A stretch of 59,390 nt of DNA, filler included, from Bonamia ostreae (taxonomy: Eukaryota), in NCBI GenBank assembly GCA_040357525.1. It is 6 parts of 6 records of this genome, joined end to end, with 100 filler letters (N's around TTAATTAATTAA, not from the genome) between each part and the next. Parts side by side here need not be neighbours in the genome. Positions count along the whole stretch, not along the records: positions 49,801 to 59,390 come from JBDODL010000039.1; 5 more parts are not named here. One strand, 5' to 3'. Under the pieces are notes generated by a model. That model did no database searches. It worked only from the letters and a program-made list of their open reading frames with translations, and was not told the DNA's origin. The position numbers and the translations under genes were made by a program. Positions 51,855 through 59,390 of this stretch are shown piece by piece. Position 1 is the stretch's first letter. Each line of letters opens with the position of its first letter.

Positions 51855-52560
51855 ATGAGCGACTCAGACTCACAGATTTCGTTAGACGAAGAATTGTCGA
51901 ACGAACAATCTAAAACTGCCGAAGACGGAGAAAACATTGTTTTAGAAAAGAACGCCAAAACCACTCAAGACGGCCACTCCAAAGACGCCATAGAAAAACC
52001 TTTCTGGGCCTTTTGGTACAACAGCGGCAAAACGCCCGTCGTCGAAAACAACCACTCGATCACTGAAGAAGAATGGATGTCGGCATTGCTGAAGGTGCGG
52101 ACTTTCAAACTGTACAAGGAATACTTCGAAATCGAAAATGTTTTCCGGCCCGCGTCGGAGATTGCCAGACGAAGTTCCTACTACTTTTTCAGGGAAGGGA
52201 TAACGCCGACGTGGGAAGACAAGAACAACGCCAATGGCGGCCGATGGTTCTTCTCGATCCGCAGAGAAAATAAAGAGGACATCGACAAAACTTGGCGACT
52301 GCTGATAGCGTCTTTCTTCGCGGGAGCCGTGAAGCACATGGAAGACGTCTGCGGGGCGGTGGTTTCCTCCAAAAACAGAGAGTATCGAGTTTCGCTTTGG
52401 GTGCGAAACAATATCTCGATTTCGGATCAACATGAACTTGGCTCTTCGATAAAGAAGATTTTGGGTGTGAAGAGCGAGGTCATTTTGAAAGTTTTTAATT
52501 AAAGTTTAGCTTCATTCGCAAGACAGGGACCGGGAAAGTGACAGTATAATGACAGTCTAA
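51855..52560 (+). CDS. eIF4E: Translation initiation factor eIF4E family protein
   Basis: WAFWY, YYFFREGITPTWEDKNNANGGRW, DVCGAVVS, RVSLW; 19-nt intron before terminal LHSQD..MTV*. Confidence 0.93.
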
Positions 52561-52644
52561 TAAATATTACTGTTTGTTTGTATTAAAAACGGAATTGGCT
52601 ATTTTAAGCTGAGTTGCTTTATTTGTTTGGAAACCAATGTTGTT

Positions 52645-52779
52645 GTTCAATCAATTTAGTAAATTTGAAATTAATTTGATTTTGTGAAAATTGATCAATC
52701 AATTGAGTAAATTTGAAATTAATTTGATTTTTTGAAAATTGTTCAATCAATTGAATAAATTTGAAATTATTTTGATTTT
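52645..52779. repeat. Tandem repeat, 48-bp unit x about 3
   Basis: G(T/A)TCAATCAATT..TAAATTTGAAATT at 52645, 52693 and 52741. Confidence 0.85.
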
Positions 52780-52823
52780 AGAATTATTAAAACTGTTTGA
52801 ATAAAATATTAAATTTAGCCTAA

Positions 52824-53723
52824 ATGCCGAATATGGATGACTTTAACGACAAAATCGACATATATTCCACATTAATAAAAAATTCGACTAAACCAAAAAC
52901 TCGATTAGCCGATTTGCTAAACAAAATAATGCCAATTTCCGATTTTAATCAAGAAATTTCAGATAACTACAAAATTTTCCCCGTTGCTATAAAAGGGATT
53001 GAACAATATGACAAAAAAATAAAATTTAAAACTATAAACCTTGAAAAAAGAGAAGCTTCAGATTTGAAGATAACTAAAATCAATTCGATTCCAAAAAACA
53101 AAATCAAAAAGCGAATGGGCTCAAAAGACCGCCGGCGAAACAATAAAGTATTCCTGAAAAATAAATATCTCACCAAAAACTTTCTTTCGCTTCACCGACT
53201 TTGGAAAGAATATATAGATCAACTTTTATCGAATTGTAAAACTGACGAAGAACGTCATTCGAAAATAGCTCGTGCGGATTTTCATGGAGCTATGATTAAA
53301 GGTTTATGGCAGAAATATATTAGATTTGTTAAATATCAATTTTTGCAATTTATCAAATCGATGAACAAAGATTAATTTGTCTTAATTGTATTTAAAAAAT
53401 ACAATTCAATTTTTAAACAAATTTAAAATTTTCACAAAAAATTAAATGGCGAATTTGAAAAAAATAACAAACATATCAAAAAATTAAGANNNNNNNNNNG
53501 CCCCCATTTTTTGAATATGACTGGAATAATAGTAGAAGAAACAAAAAACATGATAAAAATTGCTACTTTGACAAAATTCAAAACGATCCCGAAAAAGAAC
53601 ATCGAATTTGTTTTTGAGGCTTCTAAAAGACTTTTTACTGTTTTTGGAAATGCGATTATTTGCAGGCCATTTGAAAGATGCTTTAAGAAGTACAAAAGAA
53701 AAGGATTTGTTTCTTTCAACTAA
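52824..53723 (+). CDS. POP4: RNase P/MRP subunit p29 (Pop4/Rpp29)
   Basis: LHRLWKEYI, ADFHGAMI, GIIVEETKN, IPKKN..F.F, FGN..RPFER..KKYK; interrupted by an intron and a 10-N gap. Confidence 0.9.
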
Positions 53724-53848
53724 ATAACTTTTTGTAAATTTTCTTTTTATTAATGTCTAAAAAGCAAATTTATTAATATGCCAAAAAAACAAATTTGGCG
53801 CTTTTAGGAGCAAAAAAATGGGTCCCTAAAAAATCAGAGTTGATTTAT

Positions 53849-54298
53849 TTACATTGTTTGAGCATTCTTTTGCTGCAATTCCAAATAAGAGTTGACGATT
53901 TTTTCCATTGTTCTTATCGCGCTTGACAAATCTTCTTTCAAACAAACTCTCCTCGCATTCGATCTTCTAACTCTCTTTTTACTCGCATTTGACTTTCTGC
54001 TCCCACTCAGTCTTCTGCTCGTTTTCGTGGAGAGAGAAGTTCTAAAATAAATGTCAAATAAAAACTTTGAGAACGAAGCAGTGAGCGATTTCCGTTGCCG
54101 ACCCAATTCGCGCATAAAGCACCAATCGCACATGTCATAATCACACGATTCGCATCGAAACCTGTCCACCCCCTTCGTCTGGAAAGCCTTGCGTATTCCT
54201 CTCGCGCAGCCTTTTCTCGACATTCTTGAGTCACAGATCCATCCATTATCTCTCGAATCGCGCAAAGCCTGCAGATAATGTCTTTTTGGGCAGCGCAC
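53849..54298 (-). CDS. ZZ-like zinc-finger protein or exon
   Basis: CPKRHYL..WICD..C..FRCESCDYDMCDWC. Confidence 0.7.
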   Translation of the reverse strand: MRCPKRHYLQALRDSRDNGWICDSRMSRKGCARGIRKAFQTKGVDRFRCESCDYDMCDWCFMRELGRQRKSLTASFSKFLFDIYFRTSLSTKTSRRLSGSRKSNASKKRVRRSNARRVCLKEDLSSAIRTMEKIVNSYLELQQKNAQTM

Positions 54299-54436
54299 GC
54301 CTCCTCCCGCTGCGAAGAAATATCGCTGTTTATAAATTATTAAAGCAAAATTTTGAATTGAATTTTAATTTTTAAATATTTTGAAATTTTAATCAATATT
54401 ATTTTATTATTTAATTTCATTATTTAAAGATAAAAA

Positions 54437-56118
54437 TCAAAGTTGACAATACTTTCTATAACAAAATATAAAAACTGCAAGTTTTTGGGCGTCATTATAA
54501 TGTAGCTTTCTGTGTTTCCTTCTATTTTTTCGAGGTTCTTCAAAGTCAGCCAAATCCTTTAAACAAAATTCAAATTTAAAAACATTGTCATTGACACATC
54601 GTCGGCAAACGTTTTCCTCGCATTTGTCACAGTAATAATAATTTTCTCCACTGACTAATCCACCCAGAGCAATTTTTCCAGTGCACTTTTCGCATTTTGA
54701 GCCTTTATCTGCATCTTGACAAAATTTTTTTTCGTATTGATGCCCTTTCTCGCAATACATTTTCCCGTAGTTAGTCGACTTTTTAATCAAAAATATGACA
54801 AAAATTATCAGATTGGATTTGAAATAAGCAAAAATTTTATAATTTTCGACTGATCGAATATTAAAAAATATCGTCAAAATTCCAATGTTTGAATTTTAAA
54901 TAAACAATTGTTTCTCCAGTTGTCTCAGTAACAAAACTCCCAATTTCCGCACTAATATCTCTTTCCCTCAAAAGAGAAGAATCTATTTCAAAGTTTGGAC
55001 TAACGTCCGCAATCGCCGTAGAAAACACTTCCGTCCAATATGATTCCGAATCATCAAAATTCTCGTTTTTGCGACAAAGCGACTTTTTCAACAAAGTTTC
55101 GCGTTTTGTTTTCCCTTTCGTTACTTCAGACAAGACCGGCAAACTGTTTGTAAGAGTGCTCAAACTGTTTTCACTCGCATCTGTAAACTTTATGTTTTTC
55201 CGTTTCTTCAAAATGTTCAAAAACGGAACGGAGCAATTAAAATTCTTAGATTTTTGTTTTCGGGAAGACGTCATAGACAACGAGACGCGGTTTTCTTTAC
55301 TGTAAAAGTTTTCGATTGACCTTTTGCTTCTTGCGCCTGTCACAGTCGAGTTTGAAGTTTCTGTTTCCGAAACGCTTTCGTTCATCGTACTCGGTAACTA
55401 CAAATTTATCATAACCGCAAATTTTTAAGTTGTAATTTTGAATCAGTTTCCATTTTGAAATTAAACATTTTATTATTTAAAATCGTTCTTCAACATTTAA
55501 GTTGTCCCTAAAATTTGTAAACACCTTTTTCGAGATTTTCCCTTTGATCTGTTTCAACATTTTCCCAAACAGCCCTTTCTTCCTTGAAACCTTGTAATTC
55601 CCAGACTTGGACGCCCACAGCGAGCTTTTGTGCAAAGAACAGCTCTTCTCAGACTCCACCTCCACCAACAGTCGCTCTCCCGGTTTCACTGACTTTACGC
55701 TATAACTGCTCCGATTCTCCATATTGCGTATTGCCGACGAACAGCGTCTGCAGCGATAAAATTTGCATTCTTCGCAATACAAAAAGTCTTCACTATCTTC
55801 GCTAAACTTCTGGCAGTTTTTGCAGCGATATATCCCTTCCTCTGCTTTTATAACAATCGCTGGATGGCCAAGTGGACATTCATCTTTTCTATTGTAGTCA
55901 TCTTTATTGTGATGATCCTTTTTGTTATCAAGTGCACATTTGAAGCCGTTTAGATTTTTATTTTTAAGCTTGTTTGTCTCGGTTTGTTGATTCGTTTTTT
56001 CAACGGAATCATTTTCTGAAGAATTTTCGATTGAAACACTTTTGCTTTTTTTGCTTTTGGAGTTCTGAAGTATTGATTTTCGTTTGTTTCGTATAAACGG
56101 GAAGACGCATTTCAACAT
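54437..56118 (-). CDS. Multi-exon region with two ZZ-like zinc modules (one or two genes)
   Basis: CPLGH..CKNC..YCEECKFYRCRRC and CEKGH..CEKC..YCDKCEENVCRRC with Ser/Lys-rich linkers. Confidence 0.6.
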
Positions 56119-56184
56119 TCCTTTATTTGTGTCTTTAATTTTCTTTGCGAATTAATTTTAAAACTTTTTCAGGACAAATTGAGA

Positions 56185-57684
56185 CTACAGGTTTTTCGTT
56201 TTGCTGCAGTTGCTTGAAAAACGAGTCGTTTGTCAAACTTTGAGTAGAAATTTCTTCAAATCTTTCATCAGTTACATTTTTTGAGTCCTCGGCATTACCA
56301 TTACCGTAGAGATCATCTTCATTATCCTCTTCTACATCATCAGCAATATCGTCTTCAATAGCATCTTCATCATCAACATCGTCAACTTCGTTCTTTTCTG
56401 ATTTTTCTCTGCAATTGTAAACCGTCTTGCACCTTAATTTCTTATTTCGAAACTAAAATTTATAAAAAAAACTCCAACAAAACATGCAGAACAAGCCGCC
56501 TCCGCGTTCTCATAACTCTTAATGTCCTTTACTGCTTTGTTGTCATATTCATCTGGTATCGTTTTTATGCTTCTGAAGACTTCCCTCTTTGAAACTCTTT
56601 CGTGAGCGTTCGGGTCATGAAGAGATATATCTTTTACTTTGGACAAAATTGGGTATTTATCGGGATCCAAGTTGCTTTTGAGGCTTTTCAACAAATCAAC
56701 TTCCTTCGAAGAAAATTCATCCGTCATTTTAAAATAAACACAAACAATCCCCTTTTCCAAAATTACATCTAACAACATAATTTCTTCTGCTTCTTTTCCA
56801 GATTTCTCTGACAACTCATTCAGCAAATCAGATTTAAAATTCTTAAATTCAAAATCGGGAGGAAAATCAAAATTCAGATGGAAAGTGTTCTCTTTAAAAG
56901 AATAAAAAATTGTCAAACAAATATAAAAATTTAAAATTTTGTTCTAAATTTATAAAAAAATTAAATGTACTTTTTGGCTCTTTAAAACAAATTTATTTAT
57001 TCTGTACTAAAATACCTCAACTGAATTAATTTTAATCAAACTAAAAAATGAAATATTAAATAGACAAAAATTATCGATAATAATTAATTTTAAAGAACCT
57101 TTCGTATCAGATGAAACTACATTTTTACTTAAAATTGATTCTTCGCTTCTACTATAAACTCCTTCTGTGCGTTCTTTCGTTACTTCCAAAATCGAACTTT
57201 CCTCCTTTTATTATTAATTTTAAACATTTTCGGCCACCGCACATTTCAGACAAATTTTGTACGCGCACTTTTGACAGAAAAAATGTGGCTTTCTTCTTTC
57301 TTCGCTTAAAAGCGAATTTGAACAGACGTCGCAGCAGTTCTTTTCTTTTGAAAAACTGCCCATTACAAAAGTGGTCGGATGACCCGATGGGCACACAAAA
57401 TTATCCGCTCCGCTCATTCCGCACAACATGCGTTTATTTTTTGCATTTGTGTCTGCTTTCTTAATGGGCATAGCATTGAAACAATTTGAACACAACCCAA
57501 TTGTACACCCTTCGTCAAAATAATAACCTCCGACTTGGTCTTCCAAACTCTCTTCTCCGCACAAATGGCATTTGTTTGCACTACTTTTATGCTTTTCTTT
57601 CAGATAGTCGAAGGGTCTCTTCTTTAAAATATGTCCTTTAGAACAAATGGCAATTTCTTCTTTGCGTTTTTTCTTCCCAAACAT
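56185..57684 (-). CDS. Multi-exon protein with two ZZ-like modules, a small alpha/beta domain and an acidic tract
   Basis: CSKGH..CHLC..CTIGLCSNC; CPSGH..CDVC..FCQKCAYKICLKC; GTT introns link to downstream exons including DDVDDEDAIEDD. Confidence 0.6.
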
Positions 57685-57778
57685 TTTGCCGAATTTCTTG
57701 AATTTTGTTAGAAAGCCAAATTTTCATAATAAAAATTTACATAAAAATCCAAACTGAAAAGTTTAACAGAGACAAAAT

Positions 57779-58799
57779 TTAGATCAAAAATAAAACTGTG
57801 TTGAAAACGTTACAAATCTTTGTAATCTCAACATCAGTGCACTTTTTTACGTCTTCAGCAAATTTTCTTTTGGCAGCGATTTTAATCAAAGTATTGCACA
57901 TTTTCTCTGTTACATCCAAATCGCTGTTTTTAATGTCGACGGCCGTCATTCCGTTCTTGAACAACCTTAACTTTATCATATTTTTATTTATTCCAAGTTT
58001 TTTCGCCGCATTTTTTATAAAAAGGTCTTCGTGCTTCGGCGAAAATTTGATCAAAACAGTTATTTTTTCATTTGTAATTGAGGCCGTTTTTGAAATTTCG
58101 CTTATTTCTAAATCTGATATTTTTTCCGAATTTTCTTCTTCGCTTATTTCGCTTTTCGAGAAAACAGTCTCAAAAATTTTGTTGTCATTGAAATCAAAAT
58201 TGCTCGGCGCTATTGTTACCGGCATTTTATACATTTGACATTGCGTGAAGAAACTATCTGATTCTTTTTTTCCAAAGAGAGTTAAAATTTTCTCATCAAT
58301 CTTCGACGATTTGTTTTTATCGTTGTTAAAATTGTTTGATTTTGTTTTCTGAAAATTGTTTATGTTCATATCTTCTTCAACTTTTGTTTTAAGGTTAGTA
58401 TTGATATCTTCCTCAATATTGTTACAATTTGCATCATTTTTACTAGGTGTATTGGAAGGATTATTTGATGCACATTTATCACAAAGATCGTAAGAACAAT
58501 TTTTGCAGTGCCAATAGAAATGGCCTTTTTCAAGTTTGTTGAATTTACAGACATCGCACATGACGCTGTCGTTGTCATAAACCGACTTATTTAAAATACA
58601 GTCCATTTTGTGTTCTTTGGGACATTTTTTAAAAGTTAAGTTTTTTGTTGATCTGGATTTAGTCTATAATTATTGTTACAAAATTGTTACTGATTTTTTG
58701 GAGTCACTGAAATCGCTTTCCAGTAGTGGAAGGGATTGGCAATCAACGGAAATATAGGATTTGACGGATGAAGTTGATTTAATCGAATTTAAATCCATT
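57779..58799 (-). CDS. ZZ-like zinc-module protein (may be spliced to the downstream unit)
   Basis: MDLNSIKS first exon; CPKEH..MCDVC..WHCKNCSYDLCDKC. Confidence 0.65.
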
Positions 58800-59130
58800 T
58801 ACAATTTCTGGATTTAGCTGTAACGGTTATTTTGTTTTTAATATTTTTAAGAATGCTATTTTGATGAAAGTAATAAAATTTGTTATTGTCAATTTTTTAT
58901 CAAAACATAAAATATGTCAATGTCGTTACTCTTTATAAATTCAAATTTTAAATTAAAGGAATCACCAAAAAAAGCGTCACCCTCCCACAACGGATGAATT
59001 GGAAAAGGAGAGATTAAATATTTATCAACTAAAATTTTTAATTCTTATTTATTTGGCCATTTTATATTTATTTCGTCTAAAAATCTTAAGCTCGTAGTTT
59101 AATCGCAATATAACAAAATTGTATAATTTA

Positions 59131-59390
59131 ATGTCAGATAGCAAAGTGGTTCTATACACGTCATTTGTGGCCGCTAATCGTACAGTTTACAAAGAAACAG
59201 ATCGCATTTCGGTAATGCTCAAAGCGCAAAATATCGATTTTGCTACTAAAGACATTTCAACAGACGAAGAAGCAAAGAAAACGATGTGGCAGCAAAATAA
59301 CAACAAACGATTTTTGCCGCAATTGCATGTCAACGGTGTCTACAAAGGCCCTTTTGATGAAATCGAAATGGCAAACGACAATGGTAAGTT
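59131..59390 (+). CDS. SH3BGR/glutaredoxin-like thioredoxin-fold protein, truncated at window end
   Basis: MSDSKVVLYTSFVAANR..MLKAQNIDF..DIS..LPQLHVNGVYKG.FDE..MANDNG; no CxxC. Confidence 0.8.
   Translation, partial: MSDSKVVLYTSFVAANRTVYKETDRISVMLKAQNIDFATKDISTDEEAKKTMWQQNNNKRFLPQLHVNGVYKGPFDEIEMANDNGK

Overview
This is eukaryotic nuclear DNA from a compact, AT-rich protist-like genome, not a prokaryote. The window is six separate scaffolds of descending length (1-10025, 10126-20148, 20249-30066, 30167-39965, 40066-49700, 49801-59390) joined by artificial N44-TTAATTAATTAA-N44 linkers, so adjacency across linkers means nothing. Genes are tightly packed and split by many ultra-short (mostly 18-28 nt) GT-AG introns, which fragments the ORF track. 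Most 5' splice sites I reconstructed begin GTT rather than GTR (10 of 10 in MCM6). Recognisable genes: NPL4, CNOT2, FAM192A-like, DPH2, ATP23, RecQ helicase, MCM6, RAE1, DONSON-like, PIG-O-like, TRAPPC6, RRM-only PPIE, caprin-like, MDM35, TRM61, ABCF3/GCN20, eIF4E, POP4 and SH3BGR-like. The most notable features are the tiny GTT-donor intron system, a 5 kb array of six ZZ-like zinc modules, a tail-to-tail pair of Cys-rich surface proteins, tandem prominin/tweety-like paralogs, an NPL4 zinc-finger expansion and a membrane-targeted pseudo-OTU. Standard code, tiny introns and mitochondrial proteins suggest an ascetosporean/haplosporidian-like parasite, but that is inference only. All gene models and family calls were made by eye, without searches.
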